In this document: positions 41,910 through 54,689 of the stretch, in pieces
How positions within the stretch are numbered: position 1 is the first letter of the stretch
How the letters are laid out: the number at the start of each line of letters is the position of its first letter
DNA from: Octopus sinensis
Lineage: Eukaryota
Assembly (NCBI RefSeq): GCF_006345805.1
Contig: NC_042998.1
Span: 202,058,001-202,122,000 of the forward strand
DNA: 64,000 nt
Reading direction: 5' to 3'
Made by a program: the position numbers and the translations under genes
The notes under the pieces: model-generated
Told to the model about the DNA's origin: nothing
What the model saw: only the letters and a program-made list of their open reading frames with translations
Databases searched by the model: none

Positions 41910-42112
41910 TATATATATATATGTGTGTGTGTGTGTTGTGTATGTGTATATGTATGTTTGTGTTACCTATTTTGACCCGCCGCGAAATCCCAAATTTTAT
42001 TTAATTTGCTTTGCGGGAGAAACTGTCTTATCGCAAGCGTATGTTGTTATCGAAAGCTACGCATTCTTCCAAGTAAGTTATATGTATGTAAATATATATA
42101 TATATATATTAT

Positions 42113-42143
<31 letters not shown>

Positions 42144-42149
42144 TAACAC

Positions 42150-42800
42150 CTATCCCCCAGACACACACCGAGACTCAATTTTCACATGGAAACGTACTGT
42201 TTCTGTTTATTAAATTAAGATAGCTGCTTCATCCATAAGAGACTTTGAAAAACATCTAATAATTATATTTTTCATGAAAGATCAGCTTTTCAAGTGGAAA
42301 CAACAGGTGGACGCTTTCACAAGTCCTTCATAAAATATTCCTTCAACACCCCAATCAATTAGCCTCAATCAATTATCGTGTTTTTTTACTATTCACTATG
42401 TTCTATCAGCACTTCTTCATCGACACTCCTTCACTTCCACACTTAGTAACAAATCTCAACCCCATTCCAAAAATACCCTAATCTCTTGTATATAGTATCA
42501 CACAGTGTGACAACCGCTACCGACGAATGTGAGAAATTTCTCCAGAAAAATTAACAAGGAATCTTTAAAAGATATCCCATCGAAGTTAATAAAGAACTTA
42601 CGAGATGCATGAAACAAAAGGTAAAATTACCATTGAAGCTCTCACATGGGCTCAACTCCCCTCCTCTCCTTTCTTTATCTGACACCTATTTCCTCCCTTC
42701 ACTCTTACCCACCTCCTCTCTTCATTGATACCATTTCAAACTAATACACTGCTTTTTGTTCATACGCCTGTCTTCGTCTTTTGTTTTTCTGTAAATTTCA
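42150..42800 (+). mobile_element. Heavily decayed PLE 3' fragment (possible)
   Basis: Weak LISCI..TQCDNRY (~42480-42520) and HGLN (~42645-42657) resemble the PLE GIY-YIG start and C-terminal P.GLN; follows (TA)n. Confidence 0.3.
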
Positions 42801-42802
42801 AC

Positions 42803-43550
42803 GACTTCCCTCAATAATTGTGCTAGATCGTCATAAAACTGCGTTACAGATTCATCAGAATGAGATATTGTTGGTGTATAGATACTGACAACTGTAAGAA
42901 ATGTTCATTTTGTCAGTTTTATGCGGCATGATATGGTTCGTTCAGTTACACCACTTGGAATTTCTGCAATGGAGAGGGCTTATGAATTTTTGGAAGCGAA
43001 CCCAACACCAGATTCTACACTGACCATCAGGTAAGCCTCTCCAGAAGATTATATCCATAAGTAAATTCTATTATTTGACCCTCACCAGACAGACGACTTT
43101 TAGAGAACGCAGCTATATTAAGGGAACACTTTTTAAGCTCACATGCAATAAGTGCAGTACGCTTTTCCGGTCTCATGTTGAAATTATCATCAACAAGTGT
43201 ACGCACATTCTAACAGCCAAAATTCAAGGAATGACCTTAGTAGCACGACGACGACCAAGCTAGACCTGTTCCTTTGGGATTTCCAAGCCTTTTTTGCCAT
43301 TTGCTGAATCTGTTTGCGATATTTTAGAGTAAGTTACAAGTGCATTTTTAGTTTTCTGCCAAACAAATCAAAGATTTTGCTATGATTTTGCGTACAAGAT
43401 AAATAATTTTCAGAGAGTGTAGCTTGCGCTGCACTACCCCCATCTATTGGCTCAAGAATACTCCAAGACCTCAGGCTTTATTTTGGAGATTCCCTTGTCC
43501 TAGGTGGATTATCAACCAAGGTTAAAGAGCTTCTACCTGCCGATGAGTTA
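42803..43550 (-). mobile_element. RTE-clade LINE 5' fragment (APE endonuclease)
   Basis: Minus strand NVRTLVDD..RPEKRTALIACELKKCSLNIAAFSKSRLSGEGQ..ESGVGFA..TVVSIYTPT..QFYDDL, typical of RTE/BovB APE. Confidence 0.88.
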
Positions 43551-43690
43551 AGCTACCTCGTCCCAAACACCAAACAACAACCAAGCGTTCTTTCAAGTGA
43601 CCAAATATCATTCCGATGTCCGAAACGGAGAAGTTCGTTCATACACAAAAAGGGAAATGTAAGACACGTAATTTAAAATATAAATATGAT

Positions 43691-43740
<50 letters not shown>

Positions 43741-43784
43741 CATAATATATATATATATATTATATATATATATATATTATATAT

Positions 43785-43857
<73 letters not shown>

Positions 43858-43878
43858 GATATATATATATATATATAT

Positions 43879-44216
43879 GAAGGCGCATGGCTCAGTGGTT
43901 AGAGCGTCGAGCTTACGATCGTGAGGTTGTGAGCTCGAATCCCGGACGGGGCTGCGTGTTGTGTTCTTGAGCAAGGCACTTTATTTCACGTTGCTCCAGT
44001 TCACTCAGCTGTAGAAATGAGTTGCGACGTCACAGGTGCCAAGCTGTATCGGCCCTTGCCTTTCCCTTGGACAACATCGGTGACGTGAGAGGGGAGGCTG
44101 GTATGCATGGGCGACTGCTGGTCTTCCATAAAACAACCTTGCCCAGACTTGTGCCTCAGAGGGTATCTCTCTAGGTGCAAACCCTTGGTCAGTGCCTGAC
44201 CGAAGGGGTCTTTACC

Positions 44217-44220
<4 letters not shown>
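43879..44220 (+). mobile_element. tRNA-derived SINE inserted in (TA)n
   Basis: ggcgcatggctcagtggttagagcg (A box)...gagctcgaatccc (B box), followed by ttcttgagcaaggcacttt body. Confidence 0.88.
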
Positions 44221-44259
<39 letters not shown>

Positions 44260-44260
44260 A

Positions 44261-44332
<72 letters not shown>

Positions 44333-46402
44333 GTGTGTCTGTATGTGCGTGCATGTATGTATGTATGTTTGAGTGTCTGTGATTTTATATATGTACATCT
44401 GTCTACGTATATATGTATGGATGTGTACATTACTGAATTCGTAAAAAGAAATTATATCTTGTGAGGAAACTATTCAAATAACTGCAACCACCAAACAAAT
44501 ATACACGCATACATAGACATGTTGCATGCACATAGACATACATACACATACAACATGTCTATGTATACGGTTGTTTTTTGTGTGTATCTGTGTCCGTGTA
44601 TGTATGTCTGTGTGTCTGTATATAAATATATATAAAGTTTGTATGCGTCTACCTGTATGCATATAGGTGCGGAGTCGAGTTTTTATGATTTTACAGTTCC
44701 ATAATTTTCACTTGTCATTTGTTATTACAGAAATTTATAATTCCAAGATTTATGTGTTTATTAAAATTACATTTTATTTTTATTTCTAATATTTATGCAT
44801 ACAGAAATGCATATACAGAGTGCGTGTACACTATTATATATTAATTTATACATATTTCTCGGCTTCGTATCTTTGTGTATTTATATATTCGTAATTTACG
44901 CATTCGGCAGTAATAATTTTTATATGTTATTCTCATAGATTTTTCTTTCAAGTAGATTATATCTATTCGAATTTCTAGGTGTGTGTATGCATGTGTATGT
45001 GAATGAGGCAAAACATTCTTTATTTATATCTATTTATCTTTTATGTATACATAAACGCACACATACATATACATGGGTGTTTACGTACATATATAGACAT
45101 GTACATGTATATGTATGTATAAAAATGTCTATAGCACGCGTATATGTGTATGTGTATGTGAGTGCGTGTGTGTGCGTGAGAGAGAGATGGGGAGAGAGAA
45201 AGCGAGAGAGTGTGTGTGTATGTGTGAGTGTGTATATTGTGTGAGTATTTGTATATATTATACTTGATTAAATATCCCAAGAGAATACGCGAAATTACTA
45301 AAATTCTTAAACACATAATTATTTACATTGGGTAATATATTTTCTAATTTTATTTAACATTGCAGCTTTTATATAGAACATTGAATATTTATAATGCAGG
45401 TATTTTCATCCTTGTGAGAATTATTCTAAATGCATACGTGTTTAAATACGCAATTTTGTGAACCACTAATTTCACTTATATCATAACCTTTTGTGGGGCC
45501 AACGAAAAGTTAAGTAACTTTGGTATTGTCTGTGAGAAAAAAAATATTAAGGATATACATAAAAATATACATTGAGCTTGCCTACATTTGAAGTTGCTCC
45601 AAATACTTTGTTTTTAAGGACAGTTTATATAAGATTAGCATCACGGATGCACCTATCTTTTCTAAGGAAGCTGTCCGTGATTAGAAAGTTGGTAATTCTG
45701 ATCAATCATCGTAGATTTTTCTTGTCGCTTCATAAACATCGATATAGTATTCTTTGAAGATTTACGAGAGCAAATTCTACATCTGATTCCTAAGAAACTA
45801 ATCTTTGATTCTATGGACGCAGAATACGTAGAAAGGTAGCCGCTGAGACCATAAAGAAGGAGATTATAACAGAGTACGAAGTAAGTTAGCCGAGGAGATT
45901 ATAAGTGGTATCAGTGCAGAAAAGAATTTAGTACTGTACACTTAAACAGAAGTGAAACTAGTTATGGTAATTACCAGTGTTATGTGAATTTAATAATAAC
46001 TGGTTTACGATATGAACAAATGATGGCGGGGGGAAACTTAAGATAAAATGCTATATTTTTATTCCCAGTTGTTTCTTGGGTAGTCTTGGTTTACCACAAT
46101 TTAATAACTTATGATATTGACACAAGATAAATCATCATTCCTCTTGCGTTAAATCTCAAATATAAAAAAATAATCTCAGAAAATGAGAGAAAGAACGGAG
46201 AGAGATAGAGAGTGAGAGAGAGAGAGAGAGGTGGAGGGTAGAGGTGAGAGTAACACCTCATGTTTCTCAAGTACTTGTTATACAATATGTTGCTTTGAAG
46301 ACTTGGGGATTTTAACGTAAATGATAGTCATACGTAATGATGATACAAGCACCACACGCGCACGCGCACATACACTGGCCCGCATTTTCATATATCAAAA
46401 GG

Positions 46403-46542
46403 ATATCAGCAGCGTATGAGAGACAAAGAGTAGAAGTGTGTGTGTGTGTGTGAGTATGTGTGTGGTTTAGGCTGAGAGGCCCTTGTTTGTGTACCAATTT
46501 TGACCCGCCGCAAAACCCCAAATTTATGTATATATATATATA

Positions 46543-46585
<43 letters not shown>

Positions 46586-46845
46586 CTATACATATATAGA
46601 AGTGTGTGTGTGTATGTGTATGTGTGTGGTTTAGGCTGAGAGGCCCTTGTTTGTGTTACCTATTTTGACCCGCCGCAAAATCCCAAATTTATGTATAGGC
46701 TGTGTGTTTGTATGTGTATGTGTGTGGTTTAGGCTGAGAGGCCCTTGTTTGTGTTACCTATTTTGACCCGCCGCAAAATCCCAAATTTATGTATATATAG
46801 TAGACAAATATCAGCAGCGTATGAGAGACAAATAGTAGAAGTATG
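46403..46845 (+). repeat. Tandem triplication of a ~70-bp module separated by microsatellites
   Basis: gtgtggtttaggctgagaggcccttgtttgtg..ttttgacccgccgcaaaa.cccaaattt at ~46460, ~46624 and ~46722; atatcagcagcgtatgagagacaaa at 46403 and ~46808; partial copy at ~41955-42000. Confidence 0.9.
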
Positions 46846-49049
46846 TAGTGATTCGCTTATATGATGTGTGAATCAGATGAACTCGTACACACATATTTCG
46901 TTTGTAACTTACTAGATTGAACACCAAGAAGAGATGCCACCACATCGAAAATAGAATCCGTTGCAGCATTGTGTGCACCAATTTGTTAGATTGGAAATTA
47001 CTGCTTTGTTCCTGCAAAAAGATTTTCGCATTGTGATTTGCTTGAAATTTACAGTTTTTCGTGATAATGTTTCCCATGACTGACCTAAATCAACCATAAT
47101 TTCATTAAACATTTCGATATTACTACCACTTGGAAATTAAATATCATTTGGAAAAAAAAATATTACGCGAACCAATCAATTGATTAGTCCCGTGTGTAGA
47201 AGGTTAGATACAAAAGAAACAATTTTAGTTGGGTCTTTACTGTAGATAGCTTTTTATATGGAATGACATTACACCAAAATTCGGAAACCCAAAGCGCTAT
47301 CACAATTTTAGTAGTTTCCTAAAAATAAGCGTCGTTTATCTTACATACTTTTGTATGCCATTTTAAGAGGAACCGGAATTCATAATTATCATCTATCAAT
47401 TATTCTCTAAACATGGATTATATAATGAACATTAATACAAAACAATTTTATGATGCATTTATTTGAACACTACGAATAGTCATAACATTTCGTATTGACA
47501 TTTTCCACTGCTCTATATTACTTTGAATAATAATTTTATATAATTTTTACACTAGCTTTTTTGTCTTTTGCTTTAAACTGATCTTTTATATTACTTTCAA
47601 TAACAATTGTCCGACGCGTAGATTGGGCCACGTTTATACACTGCACGTAAGAAATGTCAGAACAATCTCCTAAATACATATAAACGCAATTACTATACAG
47701 TTGTTAAGTTCTGTACGCAGCCACTGGAATTTGACGCTTATGTTCTACACATTAATTAATTAGTTATAAAGTTGTAAAAGCTTAAAGAGATTAGCTCACA
47801 GGAGAACGAAATGAAAGGAGAGACGAAGCAAAAGGGAAATATAAATAAGGAGAATTTTAAATAAGAGAACTGTGTCTGAAGAGTAGAGACGAATGACTAA
47901 ATGCAGGAAATAGAAACATAATCGATAAAATTCAAGTCAAAAGATAAAAATTGTACCGAGTTTATGGAACTAGCGGTTATTAAATATTACAATACACCGA
48001 CCAATATATTGTTTCCATGCAAAATAAAGTGTACATGAGTACGGATTATCTATATAATCGCCCATGCACAGCATACAATTGCTTATCAAGAAGTACAATG
48101 CTTTTTGATGTTCAGAGCATGAAGAGTAAACTGCTAAGTTAAGTCTCAATGTAAAAGCTAAGATAAGAATAGCAAGTGCAATGTAATTTTCGCATTATTA
48201 ATTTAGGAGTTATTAGCATATATGGGTTTTGATGAAGAACTTGCAAATGTAGAATTTATGCACATTTGGCTCCTGAGTTGACAATATGCAAGTGTTACTA
48301 CTGTCACATTTCAATCATTTTTCGAATCTCATAAGCTAATTATTTTTTTATAACCATATACGTTTCAATTTCCATAAATACGTATTATCTTCACTCTTAA
48401 TTGTTGAAATTAACGTTGGGAAGAATTAACTTACAATAGTACAAGTCAGTAGTTCGTACCAAAGGTGATGGAATCTCCATGAAAAACTCTACATTTAGAA
48501 AACACTTCCTCACAAAATGGAGTTAAGTTTACAGAAACTGACTTAAATTTGAAAAAATGCAATACGTGTGCGGAATGTGGAGAAAATGCAAATTTTAAGC
48601 TTCGTAGAGAAAATAGATATTGAATATATCCATGAATATTGAAGGGAAGCATTTAATATGCTATATTAAAAGTTCACTGTCCTTCTCACTATCAGAATGA
48701 ATAGCTATGTCATCGTTCTGATTCTCGCTGTTAACGAGTTATTGTCAAATGGCAGATATCAGCACGCATCAGTAAATAATTTGTTTTCTGAATTTATAAT
48801 CAAGGGCGAGAAATTTTTATTTCATTCACTAGGCTAGGGTAGCATTGGCTGCAAGCAGAAAACGATGTAGAAATACTGGATGTCTTTAATCCTCTTATGC
48901 TCATGAATCGGCTAAGTTACGAATTCATATTCGTCTGTAGGCAGATGTGTTTTTTTTTCAATTACAAAATAGAGAAGTGATTAGCCTGTTTACGTTGGAA
49001 TCTAGAGGAATGCATTAAAAATGAATATGAAAATCAAGGACATTTATTA

Positions 49050-50650
49050 CAGAACATCTTCCATCTAATATAACATTCATAAGTATATGCACTGATATTA
49101 ATTATCAAATTGTGAAGTCATATAATTGAGCTTTGGACTGGAGCTTCTACTGTAAAGGAATGACACATAATAATGGGTTCCTTGTATTCGGTCGAGCTGA
49201 CTATGCTGCTGAGTTTATTACTCATTTCCAAACATTCTAAGTTAATTTCTAGGTTAGTGGAAGGTTTATACGTTGATGATTTTCTTCTAATACTTCGTAA
49301 TTATTCCCCGTTTCGCTTGCAAAGTGTTAGGAAGCAATTACATATTTTTCCGAAATTTTAATTTAGCCATCACGCTCAAAAAATCTATATCAGTGAATTT
49401 TTTGGATGTTACGTTAAATCTAGTCTGTAATTCATTTAACTTATAATATGAACAAAGTGAAAATTTATAGTATATATACAGATTATCAAGTCATACACAT
49501 TAAGATCGGAATAGCTGCTTTATGGAGAATATTTCCATAATAGTTTCCAATTATTTTATCCAGTAAAAATATCTGAAAATAACGCAAAATATTATAATGA
49601 ATCTCTTAAACGCTTTCATATTATGGGAATTAGCAATAATAGGTGTCCTAAAAACGGGTTGACATCAAATACTCTTTATCGAATTACTTGTAATATCTCT
49701 ATTGATCCATAAGCAAAGTACAGCGCCTCTGTCACAAAAAATAAAAGCGCTTTTAATAAATAGAATACTAACATATCAATCGCTAAAAAATTTATCGCCG
49801 CGGAATTTATAATTTATACTAAGACATAGAGCTCTGCAACATATACATATTGTAACATAAGAAGTTATGTTAGAAACGAGGAATATACTGAGATAATATA
49901 CCTTTTGCCAATGATATTTAAACATATGTCCCACTAATTGTATCCTGTCTCCAGAAAGGAATTCCACACTTAACTATAAATATCTTAAATATTTAATAGG
50001 AAAATATTTGAGCTGTCGTATTAAAATAACCCACTATCGTTGCTTCAGATAGCTAATAAAAGATTTTATAGAAGGACACTGCTACACTTCAAAGAGAATG
50101 GTTTGGATTTTTAAATGCAATATGTCGGTCTTTAATTCTCTGAAATATCAATGCATGGGGTGGCCATGTAACTGGGGCTTGTAAGGAAGATGCATGCTTT
50201 TTTATAGTAGTACAGAGAATCTAACCCGTATTTAAACCAACACTATGTGAAATATTAAATTATGAAAACAAATTTATTCATTGGTAACACCTAAATTACA
50301 CACTACTGATGGTAGTACATATTATAAATTACGCTCATTCCCCGAGTAAGAGACAACAGTTCTAATCGTAGTTCTAATAAATACTGTCCTTTAGATGGTG
50401 ACTGAGATTGTATTCTACAACGTTAGTTAGGATTTATAATAATACTCAGTTAGAACAGAGCTACATCTAACCCGGACAAACAAGGAATTTATGTCCACAA
50501 GGATCCTTTTTTTAATAGAAAATTAATATTAACCATATTACTGACAGAACATATTTCTAATATGATATCCAGGAATATACGGTATCATACTAACTTCTCG
50601 AATTGTAGCTTCAACCAAACAATGCCAAGTCAATAGATCTCCCAGAAGAC
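49050..50650 (+). pseudogene. Decayed Penelope-like element of a second clade (RT and GIY-YIG remnants)
   Basis: MGSLYSVEL..GLYVDDFLLIL (49173-49361), VNFLDVTLNL (~49393-49422), NKYCPLDGD (~50376-50402); many stops. Confidence 0.7.
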
Positions 50651-51239
50651 TTTGTTTACTTCGTTCAAAAATATTTCATTAATTAACAGAATTAAAGGAA
50701 GACAATATGTTTAGTGCTGATTGTTAACATAAATATAAATTTACATCCTAACATTATCTTCGGGGAAATGGTTGACACTTCTGTACACGATATAAATGAA
50801 CCTTTTATTTCATGTCCTTCTCTGGTCTCACAACTATATAATACACTACATCAACTGAACACTAAAAGAAAGAAATTAATGCCATATGGATTTTGTATTA
50901 TAACAACTACGTTGCATAAAATCTTCGACTCTAAAATTTGCCCTTTAATAATGCTTTTAATTAGCATATCAATTTGTCATTAACCAGAATGACAAACTAA
51001 TATGAGACTATCATCCATAATTCGAAAATTGTCGAACACTGTGCGCATCTATAATACCGCCACTATTTATTTCCCAGGTACTTTTTCCCCTTTCCAGTGC
51101 CCAATCTACTTTTGGTGTTTCTAGATTTATATAAGTTAATTGATATTTTTTCAATTGTACCGATCTCTCAAAAGTTATACATCGACTCACATTGCTTGGC
51201 ATTGTTTGAAGAATCTGAATTAGTACTTCGACTTAAGAA

Positions 51240-52150
51240 AAATATATGTAATAACTTGAATCTGAAGGAAAAGGATTAAGCAACCAAAGACATACATGGT
51301 GGCATATTTGCTACCTTAGGGGATGACGATCCAGATTTATGGACAGTGCAAAATTCGCGGTCGAATTTATGAGAGGAAGGGTGTATCTTGAAGATGAAAC
51401 AAGATCTGGACGGCTTACAAGGTCTGTCGCCACTGAGGAAAACTTTCATCTTGTCACCACAGAGTGGTGAATGACAGGCAACTAACTAGAAATAAAATTG
51501 CTAATGCTATTATCATATTCCGTGAGACATGAGAGAATATTCTGCTCAATGATTATCACGTGACGGAGGTATCTTCTCGGCTGGTGCCACGTCATCCGAT
51601 ACAGACTGGTCACATCTCTGCGAAGTCTGTCATTGTTTGAGGCAGATCCAGCTGGTTCCCTTGAACGCTTCGTATACCAGGATGAGTGTCAATGGGTTCT
51701 CTATTTTGAACCAGAGACACTCCATACACTGGAAACACCCCTTCTCACCTGCTCCAAAGACGGCCAAGATCGTTCCATGTGCAGGAAGGTAACAGCATCG
51801 GTTTGGGGGGATGCAGCGGTAATTCGGTTAATTGATTATCTTCAAAAGGGCCGCACCATCAATGGAGATTCCTATATCACCGCACTGAGGCAGTTACAAT
51901 AGATTATCGAGACCAAAACCCCGGAAAACTGACGAAAGGGGGTCTTGTTGCATTTGGACAATGCTCTTGCACAAAAGTCATCGGTTTCAATAACTCTGGC
52001 TTGAAACCGGTCGATCAGCTTGCCTACTAACTTGATTCACCCCCATTTGAATATCATCTGTTCCTTTAATAAGAGACAAAAACAACCTCACTTGCAACCA
52101 ATTTCGTAGGGATGATGATGCATATCTTGAAAACTATACCTCATTTGGTC
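51240..52150 (+). pseudogene. mariner transposase relic
   Basis: LEDETRSGR, LVPRH (decayed WVPR), DECQWVLYFEPET, KVTASVWGDAAVIRLIDYLQKGRTING, HLDNA, SPPFEYHLF (decayed YSPDLAPSDYHLF). Confidence 0.88.
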
Positions 52151-52291
52151 ACACTCCATAAGAGTATCTTGTTCAGCCTATGAAATGTTCCACCGATACT
52201 CGTATGTGTCTTCAGTTCCGTGTATTTACTTAAATCTATTTCATCCTTCTCCCAGTCTATGATCACTCATCATTAATATTTGGTCATTCTA

Positions 52292-52650
52292 AGGTGGTAA
52301 TTTGGCAGAATCGTTAGAACGCCAAGCAAAATATTTAGCACTCTATCCATCTTTACGTTCCGAGTTCAAATTCCACCAAGGTCGAATTTGTCTTTAATTC
52401 TTTCTTGGTCTATACAATAAATACTAGTTGATGTAATTGATGTAATTGACTTGATTCTTCCTCGAAATTGCTAACCTTGTGGCAAAAATTGAAACCAATA
52501 TTTGATCTTTCTTAAGTTCTGAGTCCAAATTCTACCGGCTGACTCTACCTTTCACCCTTTTGTTGTCCTTAAAGTAAGGTGAGCACTGAAACTGATATAA
52601 TCGACTTGATCCGTCTTCGAAAATGCTGTCCTTGTAAAAAATTTTCAAGC
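52292..52650 (+). mobile_element. Two adjacent decayed SINE copies (family of 28217-28447)
   Basis: ggtggtaatttggcagaatcgttag..gagttcaaattcc.. at 52292-52500 and gttctgagtccaaattc..ctttcaccctt at ~52515-52650. Confidence 0.75.
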
Positions 52651-52775
52651 TAATATTTAATCGTTCCTTGTAATATACTTAGGCTATTGCATCCGAAGTA
52701 TTCACCCATATTTTTTCGATTTTTCTGTGTTCCTTTTATCCGTGGTGTTTCACCAACCGCATATATCTGGATACG

Positions 52776-53160
52776 TGGAGGCGCAATGGCCCAGTGGTTA
52801 GGGCAGCGGACTCGCGGTCATAGGATCGCGGTTTCGATTCCCAGACCGGGCGTTGTGAGTGTTTATTGAGCGAAAACACCTAAAGCTCCACGAGGCTCCG
52901 GCAGGAGATGGTGGTGATCCCTGCTGTACTTTTTCACCACAACTTTCTCTCACTCTTACTTCCTGTTTCTGTTGTGCCTGTATTTCAAGGGGCCGGCCTT
53001 GTCACTCTCTGTGTAACGCTGAATATCCCCGAGAACTACGTTAAGGGTACACGTGTCTGTGGAGTGCTCAGCCAATTACACGTTAATTTCACGAGCAGGC
53101 TGTTCCGTTGATTCGGATCAACCGGAACCCTCATCGTGGTAACCGACGGAGTGCTTCCAC
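52776..53160 (+). mobile_element. Full-length tRNA-derived SINE with target-site duplication
   Basis: Near-identical to 13432-13813; flanked by atatctggatac (52763-52774) and atatctgtatac (53161-53172). Confidence 0.93.
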
Positions 53161-53524
53161 ATATCTGTATACACGATGTGTGTTTATAACAACTGAACTG
53201 TGTGTTACTTCTACTTTACGACTACATACATGGGATTCGTATGTAGACTGATATACCAGAAATTGGCCATCGAATATGTTCTTTTTTCCTGTGTAACGAT
53301 GTTATTACTGTATAAATATGGCTTAATATATTTTTAAAATCATATTTGTATTGCCCTCATTGTCGTCATTGTGGTATTATCTTTCTTGCCCTTTCTGCTA
53401 TCGCTCCTCTCCTCCTCTATTCAACTGCTATCTCTCTTATCCTTTTGTTTTTCTCTATAATTCTTTGTATGGATTATGTGAATTTTTTCCGGTTAAATCT
53501 ATATACATTAATGTATTTCATTCG

Positions 53525-53592
53525 AAATTGATGGATAAGGATCATACGCTGTAGAATGATGTTATATAACCGCTTGAAACATATGTACCAAA
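53525..53592 (+). ncRNA. Degenerate hammerhead-like motif upstream of a (TA)n tail
   Basis: TTGATGG..aaggatcata...tataaccgctt-GAAAC-ATAT-GTA; stem I not convincing. Confidence 0.35.
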
Positions 53593-53744
53593 TGCATTGG
53601 CAACATCAATAAATTGCTCTGTGATACTTTTCTAATAGCACATAGCTTATGTTAATAGAAATATAACTATTCCTTATTTGAATAAGACGTTTATAACATA
53701 TCCACTAAGTTTACTGCATCAAGGCTTACTACTACATATATATA

Positions 53745-53788
<44 letters not shown>

Positions 53789-53795
53789 TATATAT

Positions 53796-53849
<54 letters not shown>

Positions 53850-53855
53850 TGTATA

Positions 53856-53887
<32 letters not shown>

Positions 53888-53938
53888 GTTATATATATAT
53901 ATGTATATATATATATATGTATATATATATGTATATAT

Positions 53939-53975
<37 letters not shown>

Positions 53976-54021
53976 GCATATGTATATATATATGTATATA
54001 TATAAACATATACATATATAT

Positions 54022-54473
54022 ATTATCGAGTAAGAGAGATGTAATTGATACAAAATAATTTATTAATTAATCAACATATGCACCAACAATTGTTTCATTT
54101 CACAATGAAAATTTCACAATGAAAATTACAAGACACACACACGCACATACATATATATATATAATTTTACATTTTAGATACCTTGTATTCAAAACCATCA
54201 GGGTGTACAAAGGTCAATAAGGATTACATTAGGATACGTTTGGAATACTCAGAAAATTCTGATTATTCCAAACGTATCCTAATGGAATCGTTATTGACCT
54301 TTGTACACCCTGATGAGTTTCGATACAAGGTATCTGAAATGCAAAATTATATTTTTATATATGCCTTGTAATTAGAATTTTGTTTATGAAGTGAAACAAT
54401 TGTAGGTAAATATGTTGAGTAATTAATAAATTAATTTCTATTCGTTAGATCTCTCTGCTTTCTAACTCGATTA
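54022..54473. mobile_element. Diverged head-to-head palindrome of a hammerhead-containing element
   Basis: Centre ~54255; the right arm has acc-CTGATGA(54310-16)-gtttc...gaagt-GAAAC(54393)-AATT-GTA-ggt; the left arm carries the mirrored motif. Confidence 0.8.
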
Positions 54474-54653
54474 TAATGTCTGATATTTTATATAATATAT
54501 TCATTAAAGGAATATCTCTTCAAAATACAATGCATTAAATCTGTGTATCTTGGATAAATATCCCTATAAGAGATTTAAATAAAATATCCTTATTGTGACT
54601 ATATACATACATATGTATGTATGTATGTATGTGTGTATGTGAATGTATATATA

Positions 54654-54689
<36 letters not shown>

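Noticed and set aside
43879-43952. tRNA-like sequences here and at ~13740-13813 and 52776-52850
   Set aside because: They continue into repeated SINE bodies, so they are SINE heads rather than tRNA genes.
46403-46845. CRISPR-like repeat-spacer appearance
   Set aside because: Eukaryotic context, repeats too long, spacers are microsatellites, and no cas genes.
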